From the NCBI GenBank assembly GCA_964016885.1, contig OZ024742.1, forward strand, positions 271,560,001 to 271,624,000: DNA of 64,000 nt. Reading direction: 5' to 3'. This DNA is from Eledone cirrhosa (lineage: Eukaryota). This document shows, one piece after another, positions 51,074 through 64,000 of the stretch. Position 1 is the stretch's first letter; each line of letters opens with the position of its first letter. The notes beneath the pieces were generated by a model. That model saw nothing but the letters and a program-made list of their open reading frames with translations, made no database searches and was not told where the DNA came from. The position numbers and the translations under genes are program-made.

Positions 51074-51480
51074 TACGAAACATAAGTCAATTGCATGAAC
51101 TCATAATCCTTTATTTACTGCTATATATATTTCGATGATAGCCATTGAATGGCTTTGACCTCATCAGGCAGTTAGTCAGTTCTTAGATATGCCAGCTCTG
51201 TGTTTATAGTGTTGATGGTATCAGAGCCTTGGGACATATGAGCTTGTTAGGAATAATTTAATGTTGTCAGCAGGAATCTTCTTACTTCTCATTAGTCAGT
51301 TTGTAGATGCTAGTAGAGTTGGTATTTGATCTCAAAGTGGCAGGTGGTGTTGTAAAGTTCAAACCGTCAGGCAAGATGTCAATAGTTCCATATGACTGAT
51401 TTTCACAAAAAGCATTCCTGGTCAGATATATATTCAATTAAGGTTCATTGTATGAAATAGATACTACAGGTCATTCTTAA
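51070..51480 (-). mobile_element. PLE 3' end of another family, with a hammerhead at 51117-51172
   Basis: C-terminal YGTIDILPDGLN (about 51358-51393); actgc-CTGATGA-ggtcaaagcca ttcaa tggctatcatc-GAAA-tatata-TA-gcagt; ends at (TA)n. Confidence 0.75.
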
Positions 51481-51780
51481 ATTGAGGAATTTATGTGGAG
51501 CGGTGCTACTGAATATTATGGTTAGAGTAGAAAATTTACAAATAAAAAGACTTATGTAGATTGGCGTGCACATACACTCACAACCACCTCCACAGACACA
51601 CACACACATCCACACATACAAATTGAGGAACTAATGTGGGGTGGTTATACTTAAAATAATGGTTAGAGTCAAATACTTAGATAGTTTTGAAAATTTAGAA
51701 ATAAAAAGACTTATGTTGGTTGACTTGTACATACACTCACACCTACCCCCTCAGACACACACACATCAACACACACAAAT
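51479..51780. repeat. Diverged tandem duplication (about 140-160 bp)
   Basis: aaattgaggaa..tatggttagagt..aaataaaaagacttatgt..catacactcac occurs twice. Confidence 0.75.
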
Positions 51781-51799
51781 CCATATAGATGTGTATATA

Positions 51800-53900
51800 T
51801 ATATATATCTACGCACAAGTGCATATATATATACAACAGGGGCCCCCAAATCCAAGCATAAGGCAGACATAAAACTAGGTGGGTGTTATTTTTAAAGAAA
51901 AGTAAAGTGGGTGTTTGGAAAAGTTATTGTTTAGCCTAGACAAAGGTAGAATGTGATATATATCTTCACAGCAGTAGCTTAGGGGCTTTGGAGCTTAGAC
52001 GAATCCCTTAGTACAGACATATGACATATATACCCAGCCACACTTTTATACTTCTGGATGCGCGTGTATGTCTATATACACATGTGCACTCATACAAGCG
52101 AGTATATACAAATATACTCTTAAGCATACACACGAACATTTATCAATCCAACCTGGGGTATTAGTATTATGTTGCGTTCACATGAGTGTGTACATTCACG
52201 CAGTCCCAGTATACACACAATGCAAGGTTGCGGGCACTCATTCATGCGTATAGGGTTAGTACCTTGGGATAATTGTTCTTCCTGTGTGGGCCGCACCAGG
52301 GGGGGGGGGGTCCTCAGGTTCAATAAAACGTGGTTTTGATGACTTCTAACCAGTAGAGGTTCGATGGACCATCCACCATAGGGACCACAAACTATGTGTG
52401 GTTGTTGTTGACCATTGGTCATTGGTACGGGGTGTAGGGAACTTCAGGGGGGGAGCGTTGTGGGAGGCCTTAACCGTGGTTTATCCATATAGCTTGAGGA
52501 AAGTTCCCGTCCTTAGGCGTCTGCAGGCACCGAATAATTCGGCCCTTCTGTTTAATAGCTTCGTTCCGCCATGAAATATTTCGAGTGTCTCACTATGACA
52601 GAGCTTGCAAATACCAGACCCGCCTCTGTCTGGGGGAACCTTTCTAACCACGGACTAGACCAGAGAGTGCGGGGTCTTTTCAAGTTTGAGCTTCCAGATC
52701 AATTCAGAAAGGGCCGTAAATGTCCTCTTATCTATTCTGTTAAAGGAATGGCGATGGTTATACCACCTATCTTTGAAGCTCGTCTCTGTGGAACCTATGT
52801 AGTGGTGCTCCGAGTTAGGGGTTGTGACCTTGCACCTGAAGACTACGTTTTTCGTCATGCATTCATTACTAAGGGGGCATAGTGATGGGTCTCTGCAATT
52901 ACATTACTTCTTAAGCCCCACCACATGTACCGCGTGGTTACCATCAATCGGGATTGGCTGGGAAGCCGCCGCAATCAGCACAGGATCGTTGGGTTCCGGT
53001 GTGCTAGTTGGGCCTGTCCGGGGTCTGGTGCGTCCCGCGTGCTGGTTTAGTTGGGTGGCTCCGGGGTTTACGGTGGTATTAGAGGCAATGATCCTATTAC
53101 TATTTATGCCAGTTATGTGCTGGGCTACAGAGCGTGTGGTTGAGTAGGAAAGTTTCACAGTGTGCCTGTTGAATATTTTATGGTACTAGTGGGCCCTAGG
53201 GAAACATTTATCCAGTACTCTAAAGAATGTTCTAGCCAGGCTGGTCCGTAGACCCACCGAGTACGGAGGGTTATACCATGTGACCTTTCTGGTCCTATTC
53301 TTGCGGGGTTGCTGGGTGTCTGCCGTGGTCCATCGCGTGGTTGTGCACAGCTCACGTCGAGCTCGGTTGGCATCACTCCCGTGTGCGGAGCGGTCACTAT
53401 CATGAGGGTTATATGGTTACACCGTGGGGCTATGAACCTGCGAGGTGCGTCCTCCCTGATCAATTAGGGTACGGCGGGGGGTGGGGCCGGTGCAGGGGTG
53501 CCTATGCTCCACAGCACAGTGGTCGTTAGGGTTGTAGGTATTAGACAGGTGGGGTATGCCGGACCTTCTACCGGGGATGGTGATGGATAGGGGTCTGTGA
53601 GTGTTACTACTGGTCACCGATGTATTAGGTGGGCGACTCATGCCCCTGTATTGTTCAGGGGTACCCTTGTGTCATCTCGATCATGTCCCGTAGGGTTATA
53701 GCTGATCCTAGGGCTGTGGGACGCCTTAGCTGGCGCTGAGTTATAGTAATCAGCGTTACTATTGAAGATCTCCTTATTGGCCGACAAGTTAGAGATCCTG
53801 TCAGAGACACTCTTAACTACGTCTTTAACTATAGATCTAGGGTGATTGGACCCAGCGTTGATATACACCAGATTCTCATTGAAAAGGGTGAACTCTGCTA
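51800..53900 (-). mobile_element. 5'-truncated PLE (CxC-type linker + GIY-YIG), GC-richer family
   Basis: LVYINAGSNHPRSIVK..RISNLSANKEIFN, WYNPPYS, IFNRHTVKLSYSTT, CNCRDPSLCPL, VVFRCKV..YIGSTETSFKDRWYNHRHSF. Confidence 0.88.
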
Positions 53901-54740
53901 AAGGCATGCTAGGACCAGGCTGTGGAGTTAAACTAGACAATAGATTAAGTCTACCATGTAAGTATCATTTTTCTTGTTTACACTGCATAGTCGATCATGA
54001 TTTAGATTCCTTATTAATGTTCCCAGCAATGAAAGTACTTTCCCTCTCCTAACTAAAACTTACAGGATATATTATTTGTTACACTATTCCTGAAGAAATA
54101 ATGTGTTAGTAAGGCCTGGAATGTGTTTGGTCAAAGGCCTACTAAGTTAGAGCTGACCTATGGCTAAAGCATAAACATACACATACATATGATAGGGTGT
54201 AATTTGAAATCAAAATACTTACAGAACTAATTCCTGGTAGAGTGAGAACAGTGCCAATTATAGGTACACGGCGTAGAAAGCGTACAGCAACTGGGAAGAA
54301 AGCACTGTATTAAAAAGAAATGTTTAAAAAATATTAATATTTTTTCAGTTTTCAGGGAAATATGTATATTTGGCATTTTTATATCTAGTCTCGGTTAGCT
54401 ATATTCTGTGTATAACTTGATAATATTTTATTGTTTGGAGTATCATATACAACATTAAAAATGTTGACATAAAAAATTAATACATTATTGATAAAAGCTA
54501 CTAGCATAGAACTTCTGCCCCAAAATTCATGACATTGATGATGATTATGTCAAACAAAATACAAAATCTGCAACGAAACTGGATAATATAGTTTGCATTT
54601 GTTTGAAAGTAAAATCTTCAAATTTTGTTCATATCTAAGACGGTAACCCTTTTGATTCCAAAACTGCCACTGGTTCTACGATTCAACGCTGATTATATTA
54701 AAGTGTTTATATTATCTAAAAATCTTCTGTCATCATTCAA

Positions 54741-56180
<1,440 letters not shown>

Positions 56181-56195
56181 CACACACAGACACAG

Positions 56196-56291
<96 letters not shown>

Positions 56292-57160
56292 CAGAATAAA
56301 TGTAGGGTAAGGCAATACGTTTAAAACCAAACTGCATATCTTAAACTATGTTTCATCTATACAATATAAACGAGTAACAGTCCAAACATATATTTGTGCG
56401 TGGAAACACTCACATACGTTGTTGTTAATGGTATTTTTATAGAATCTTCAGGGAAGAAGAGAATTGTTTATATTGATGCTATTTAAGTTTAGTCGAACTA
56501 GTAATTTCTTGGATAAAAAATTCCCTTAAAGGAGAGGTATATAGACATCAGAGTGCACAGCTTATTAATATGAAGACGAATAAGCCTAATTTGTGTATAA
56601 AAATGTCTGTTATAAAGTGATGAATAAATCTAGGAGGGTGGTGGGGGGTGTAACTATGTTGCATTTATTAGAAACATTTATTTCGGAAAGGTGTTTAATA
56701 ATTATAACATGCCAACTTAAGTGATACTGGTAGGGTAGATGTTATGTGGTGTGCTAGACCTAGTTAAGTAGTCAATTATGAGCAGTGGTGATTTACATAA
56801 TCTGGCTAATCTATAAGGTGAAACACGGTGCAAGATGTAAAGTTTGGACATATTGCCATCTCAATTTATTCTGTTTATAATTGCTCTGCTTCAGTTCTAC
56901 GCTTAATCTTCATTGATTATTAACCCTCCTATAATAGTTAACACTCCAACCCTAAGCATTGAGCACACCTCGCTTTGGCTATTGACATCTAGTATACTGT
57001 ATCAAACTTTTCTCCCTCCTCCCTTCTGATGTTACATATCTTTTCTCTTATATATATAAATATACACACACACACATACACACACACACATATATATATA
57101 TAATATATACATACATACATCCATCCATACATACACACACACACACATATATATATATAT

Positions 57161-57354
<194 letters not shown>

Positions 57355-57624
57355 TATATATATATATATATATATTTTTATATATATATATATTATATAT
57401 ATATATTTATTAAAATAACAGATTAAAGTTTAAGCAAAGAATTGCTGCTTTCACCCTTAACGGGATCTTCTGAAACTAACAAAGTCAATCTGTAAACGCA
57501 GAACTGGATATTTCAAAAAACGTTGCAACCGGAGGAAGACAGGAAGACGATACTTTGGTTCATGGTGACGTTCGCTGGCAAAGAACGGGAAAAAAACGAA
57601 TAATACGTCATTAATAGGAGCGGT

Positions 57625-60478
57625 ATATGCTTTAGTTAAGCAAAGCAAAACCACAAATTTCACAAGGAAGACATTATTCAAAGATTGTCAACGTAGCTGC
57701 AGTTTAATGTAAGTAATGACGAGTGTAAATATAGTTTAATGTAAATGTCCGTTTACATTTGTCTCGCTACTCCATATAATATTTCTGGATCAAATGATTA
57801 TAGATCATTATTGATCTGGTTCAGATGAAGAAAATTAACTTAGGTAAAAATGAAGCAGTTCTTCAGAACTTCAAAAGAGATAATGAACATATTGATAAAG
57901 GTCGGATGGATTAAGGAATATAAAGTAAGGTAAAAAAAGATGGTTACATGAATGTAATGTTCCATATATTGGTATTTCACTATGGTGTCCTGCGTCTATC
58001 TATTGTCTGCTATAGGCGACCAATATTCTTCTGTCGAGGCTGTATTATGCGAGATATGCCTAAGCGTAACAATATGGCCGCCTAAGGACATATTTACCTT
58101 ACTAATTAGAGTCGGGTTTCAGGGTAAGTAACTCCTCGAGAATTTAGAAATTGTAGGTGATTTATAGCTAAGAAGTACTAATGAGCTTCAGTGAGAGACA
58201 ATGTAAGGGAGGTAACTTATACTTATCTAAGTCAAGGTTAAATATTTAACATGTTAGCTATAAGTAAAAGTAGGATTAGATGACTATGTTGGGTCAAATA
58301 TTGTGTTGGCGAAGGAATTTGCCCTTGCATGTTGACAAATAATAGTCGTGATAGAAGTATGTAATAGGCCTCGGTAAGACATAGATCACAAGAGTTTCTT
58401 CGTCCATTGAACGCTTGGGCTCTAACCAAGATATCACATGTTAGTGAGTGTTCAATGTTGGTTAATTTAATGTTTTTAATGAGCCTAGCTAGAGATGTTG
58501 AACATCTATTACTAGGGTCTCGAAAGAAAAATGAGTGTGCGTTATAGCGTACCTTAAAAGGGTTAGAGATAGAGCCAATATAGGAGCTGGTATGTGATGC
58601 TGTTTTAACTGTGCACCTATAAACTATATTGGGTGTAAGGCATTGTCCGTTTAGTGGGCATGCATTAGGGTAACGGCAGTTGCAGTTACTTCTGTTTAAA
58701 CTATGCGGTTGGTGTATGCTAGAAGGATTAGATGGGGAGGTATGCAACTAGAGTAAGTATTGGTGTAGTGGCGTGGTGTATTTGAGGGTGGTTATTTTAC
58801 CCCGGTGTGGGAGTTATACTGTCTTAGTTTATGATGGTTACTGAATGCGATGTTGCTAGCTAGGTTAGGGGTTGTGGATAATGAGATTTTAATGTTGTTT
58901 TTATTAAAGAGTTTGTAATATCTATGGTTGGGGGAGTGTTTAGATAGGATAGAGAAGAAGCGTTTAGGGATATTAGTGGCTAAATTAGATGAGAATGGGG
59001 AGGGAGGGGGGTTTAAGCCAGGTGATATTTCTAGGCCTATTCCTTCTAAGGGAACTTGTGGTGTTGGCAGGGGCCTTCATAGTGTTAGTATTACCTGGAC
59101 GTTAGTTGTTTGTCATCCCATTGCTCATTCCTATTCTAGGGTTGATTCTGAGTCGGCTACTGGGAGTGGGAAGTAGGCCTCTGCCACCATTATGGTTCCA
59201 TGTATAGGTGCTGTTACTGCTAAAATGCCGGCGTATCTGGCTACATGCTAAAGTATTTCTAGTTCTAGTATTAAATGTATTATGGTTGTTGTGAAGTACT
59301 GTGTCATGGCATTTAGGTATGTAGTAAATGGACTGTTCATAACCAGATTCAGAAAGGGCCTTATTATAATATGCCGCAGGGTTCATAAATATCTCCTCAT
59401 TTGCGGATAGCATGGAGATCCTATACGAGATAGATTTGATGACTGCTCTGATGACTGCCGGTGGGTGGTTAGAGGGTGGGCTAATATATGTAGATATTTC
59501 GCCTTAAACTATGCATCACATACCAGCTCCTATATTGGCTCTACCTCTAACTCTTTTAAGGTACACTATAACGCACACTCATTTTCCTTCCGAGACCCTA
59601 GTAATAGATGTTCAACATCTCTAGCTAGGCTCATTAAAAACCTTAAATTAACCAACATTGAACACTCACTAACATGCGATATCTTGGCTAGAGCCCAAGC
59701 ATTCAATGGACGAAGAAACTCTTGTCATCTCTGTCTAACCGAGGCATATTACATAACTCTAACACGACCTCTACCGATTAATGATAGAAAGGAGGTAACA
59801 ATTAGCTGACAACATCGAAGGGCAAATTCCTTCGCCAACAGAATATTTGATCCAACATAGTCATCTAATCCCACTTTTACTTATAGCTAACGTTAAATAT
59901 TTAACCTTGACTAAGATAATTATAAGTTACCTCCCTTACACTGTCGCTCACTTAAGCTCATTAGCACTTCTTAGCTATAAACCACTTACCATTTCTAAAT
60001 TCTCGAGTAGTCACTTCCCCTGAAACCCGTCTCAAATTAGTAAGGTAAATATGTCATTAGGCGGCCATCTTGTTACGCATAGGCAGATCTCATACAATGC
60101 AGCCTCGACAGAAGAATACTGCTCGACTATGGGAGACAATTGATATACCCAGGGCACCATGGTGAAATACCAATATATGGAACATTACATTTATGTAACA
60201 TTCTTTCCTTATTTTAATTTATATTCCTTTTGCAGTTTCGATGAGCTGCTCTATCTTTACCTATGTTAATTATTTCTAACTGAACCAGATCAATAATGAT
60301 ATATAATCATTTGATCCAGAAATATTATATGGAGTAGCGTAAGAATTGTAAACGGACATTATTATTATTAATATCATTATTATTATTATCTACATTCCTT
60401 ACATCAAACTAAAATATATTGACAATCTTTTAATAATATCTTCCTTCTGAAATGTATGGTCTTGATTTGCTTAACTAA
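57625..60478 (-). mobile_element. Tail-out inverted PLE pair: minus arm 57625-59505 and plus arm 59510-60478
   Basis: Minus: ISMLSANEEIF..YYNKALSESGY, FNKNNIKISLSTT, CNCRYPNACPLNGQCL..IVYRCTV..YIGS..FKVRYNAH. The plus arm restarts at ASHTSSYIGSTSN. Confidence 0.9.
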
Positions 60479-60894
60479 TATATATATATATATATATATA
60501 TCATAAATCATGTCCTTAGAATTATTAGATAAAATACATGCCATTTCTTCTCCCAATTAGCATAATTAACCATATAAAAAATCAATTAGACCAAGCTATA
60601 AGAAGAAAGGCTCTTATGAAGAAATCTCCGACAAATAACCGAAAGTGGCCTCTTCGCGGTGGCCCCAATTGAGTATTTATCCAACATTTCGACAGCATGT
60701 AGAAACTGACTAAATATACCATCAACCATACACAATTAGGTGTAAAATTAAACTTAGAAGAAATGTGTACATACCGTAATTATATCTCTACCATGGTTTC
60801 ATCCGTATTTTTAGACATCCAATTAATAGGAATGTCTTGAGTTAGGATTCATCAGGAGACAAACTCAAAATCAGACATTTAGTTTTCCAACGTG

Positions 60895-61310
60895 ATTGGT
60901 CACCTGCTGAACTAACTCAGGTCACTAAATATAGATGTGATTGCCGTCAGTGGGACAAGGATTTCTTACACGCCCGAACTAACCCCCATTTTTGACGAAT
61001 ATCTGATCTTTGCATGTTGTCCGGGAATGGGAGGTGGGATAGCATTACTGTTTAGGAAAGACCTGGATCTCGAGGGAAGATTGATCCTCCGGAACCTGAA
61101 CGGTACGTTGGTGCTCCTACACATGAACAATAGCAAATGTGGTGCTTTTACACTGTTGGCTGTGTACACCCCTATCAGCGTCGGATGGCCGGATTTCTTT
61201 AGGTGTCTGCAAGCCTTTCTGAAAACGTCTCACCCTTTACTGTTAGCGGGGTACTGGAAGGCCATTTTAAAGGCACGCTGGTATTATGTTAGAGTAGCTG
61301 ATAGAACAAA
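60895..61310 (+). mobile_element. Tx1 endonuclease fragment
   Basis: GHLLN.LRSLNIDVIAVSGTRI..GGGIALLFRKDLDL..LLAVYTP, homologous to 2931-3299. Confidence 0.85.
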
Positions 61311-64000
61311 TAACATTGGTAGTCATGGTAGAAGTGAGACGTCAACAATGTCACCACCACCGAAAAATACGCACATGTGTTACTCAGAGTTTCTTCCCTT
61401 AGCTTTTATTAAAATACAAACACCATGCCCTCAAACTGTATGGAGTTTATTTTATTCACGGGCTAAATATTAAATAGATAAGACATGAAAGAGATATAAA
61501 GAATCTATGACAAAATGTGCTGTAAAAATCGACGTGAGAACGGATAATGATATTAAAGCAAGATTCTGTAGTAGCTTTATGTTGACTGAAAGCCTGTTGC
61601 TCATTTGTTTTAGTCGTACATCTTTCATACAGGAAAAAGAGAGGAGGAGGTTCAATACTAAAGCCACTGTGTGGAACACGTTTCGACGAATTTCTTCGGT
61701 TTTTTATCTGTTTCTTTCTCTCGTCGTACTTGCTTAGTTCAATCTTTGGCTTTCAATGCTTTATTTAATTTCAAGTGTGCTTTCTCTCAAATTCTCACTT
61801 CTTCATTCTCTGTAGTTTCTATAATAAATAATTCTCAAATACAACAAAGTTTACGATAGATTTTAATAGACTTGTCTACATTCAGAGAGTTAATATAATA
61901 TCATGTTCATGAATACGCATCTGGAAATTAATCTAGTTATGGATGTTAACGACAGGCATAGAGATAGATTAATAACAATAGCAATAAAATGGAATACAAA
62001 TGTATCAATTCCTATGAAGTGATGGTTGCAAACGAGTGATATTTATTGAGAGATACATTGTCAAAAAATATACGTCGCCTTATGTTGCTGCTTATACGAG
62101 AATTTCATCCTTATGATTTAATAACTATTATCAAAGCATACAAAGAAGCAATAAATTCCAGACGTTATATTAAACTGTAAATCGATTGGGGCAATTCTCA
62201 CCTATGGCGTGTTATGCTGTCATATTTTAGAAGAGAAACATTCACCTCTGTATTTAAGCTAAAATAGCTAAATAAAATAAAACGATAAGTCTGGAAGGAA
62301 TTTAATAATCCTAATTGCTACTGATTAATAGTTTTCCGAAATCTTACAAAAGTGCATATTCGAAATCACGATACAATTTCTAATTTTTAACTTAAGAATT
62401 ATTCATTAGATGTCAGTTATATATGCGTGTAGAAGGTTTGGTAATTCGGAATGGAGTGCTATAAAATAACAAACTTAAACATATTATAGTTTAATAAGCA
62501 GTAATATCGAATAAGAAATGTTGACATTTGCAGGACAATTAACATATTAATTTAAACATTTATGAAGTGCAAAATCTGGTATGGGATTGTAAAGGTGTCC
62601 AGATGGTGGTATTCTTAACATGGAAACAATACTTTCATTCGGATACCATACAAAATATGAGATATTGTAAAAGTTATTCATAAACATTACATTTAATCAT
62701 TCTGTAGAAACTCTTCAAACTGGAGCATGGAACTCCACCATTTGAATTATGTTAATTTACTGATATATTTATATCAATATCTGATTCATTTGAACATGTA
62801 GTAGGATTGTTGTGGTCAACAGTACATCAGCAGTGACTGAGCGTACACAGTATGAATGTCAACCAGACTAAGGCAAATGCCGTTCGTCCTATGCCATTAG
62901 TTCTAGTAACGAATATGTGCATCCCTTAATTTCAAGGAGATTTGGATATCAACCGACCAATTATATGCGCCAGCATTGATTTATGATTTATGATACTTCT
63001 AACATCAATTCATTACTAGAAAACATGGACAAAGGTATTCTACCCGTAGCTGTCCATTCCATTTAGCGATATATAGAACCACCGTTCTCATTTTAAAGCA
63101 ATGCTGGTTGAAATTTCTAGCACTGACCACAACGTTTTTGCTCATTGTTGTTTTTGGTGGTGTTATGGTTAGTGTTGATAAGGTAAGCATGTCTGAGCAA
63201 ACAACGTGATCAAAAACACCATATCCATGAAGATCTCATTTATGACAAAATCCAGTAAATTGAAAATTCAGAGTGGTTTGGTTTCTATATGTTGTACAAC
63301 TGTCGACTATGTAGACTCACTATGATTATTATTAATGTATGAATTTACTAATATATATTTGCGCTGGTATTTTTTGTTTATTGCTATTTGAATTGGCAGT
63401 TAATTTTTATATCATTAGATTTGCTTTGCAGCATCCTCATTTATTTACCTAGTCTCATGGGGAGAATTTTAATTCTATATTTCATAAAAGCCACGAGCCA
63501 GTGTTTGAACCTTATTGCGAAAGCATTCTCTCATTTCGTGTTCAGGTTAAAATAATATGTGTTTTTTTCAAAAACCAACTAGTGTTATACTATCTGGATC
63601 ATAATTACGCTTGTAATTGCAGGTGGAACTTGTTGATTAGTCTATTCTTGTGTACCGTATTTTTTTATTAGAAGGTAGGAAGATGAAGATGGAGGTAACA
63701 GCAGCAATTTGAAGCCATTATCTTTAAGTCGTGGCTTTAATTCGTATGAATTTAGGTTGATTTCAGTAATGGAGAGCGCAATTGAAAGGAAACGTCTGGA
63801 GTGTATAAATGTTATTCACTGATGGCTGTTTGATAAAAAGAATAATGCCAGAATAGTGATGTTAACAATGTTTATTTTACAATAACAATATTCACTTTGA
63901 ACATCGAGTAATCATGTTTATGACCTGATTTATCACTACATTATTTGCTGGCTAGCTACTTCGAGCTAGCGTGTATGGATGTATCAATGCAACGATACAA

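Noticed and set aside
57440-57490. Hammerhead on minus (CAGAAGA-tcccgttaagggt-GAAAGC)
   Set aside because: Core U4 is mutated, no convincing stem I and no NUH triplet.

Overview
AT-rich eukaryotic DNA made almost entirely of nested, decayed transposable elements; no intact host gene is evident. An octopod cephalopod host is inferred from the tRNA-SINE and the dense (TA)n/(TAA)n microsatellites, not proven. 1-19 kb: stacked non-LTR retrotransposons in (TAA/ATT)n tracts (Tx1/L1-type on minus, R4/Dong-type RLE elements on plus, many copies of one tRNA-derived SINE). 19-60.5 kb: Penelope-like elements (PLEs; RT plus C-terminal GIY-YIG) and their 3' remnants. Most are tail-out inverted (fold-back) pairs in (TA)n tracts, many with a minimal type-I hammerhead ribozyme (HHR) near the outer ends. 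Three non-autonomous Helitrons are also present. Main leads: (i) about 10 asymmetric fold-back PLE insertions with terminal HHRs, including a U3:A8 covariant core; (ii) a SINE whose 3' end and ATTAT target match the resident Tx1 LINE; (iii) an A-B-A-B-A SINE stack whose empty site is visible in the sister arm. Coordinates were read by eye and are approximate (roughly +/-10 bp, more for decayed ends).
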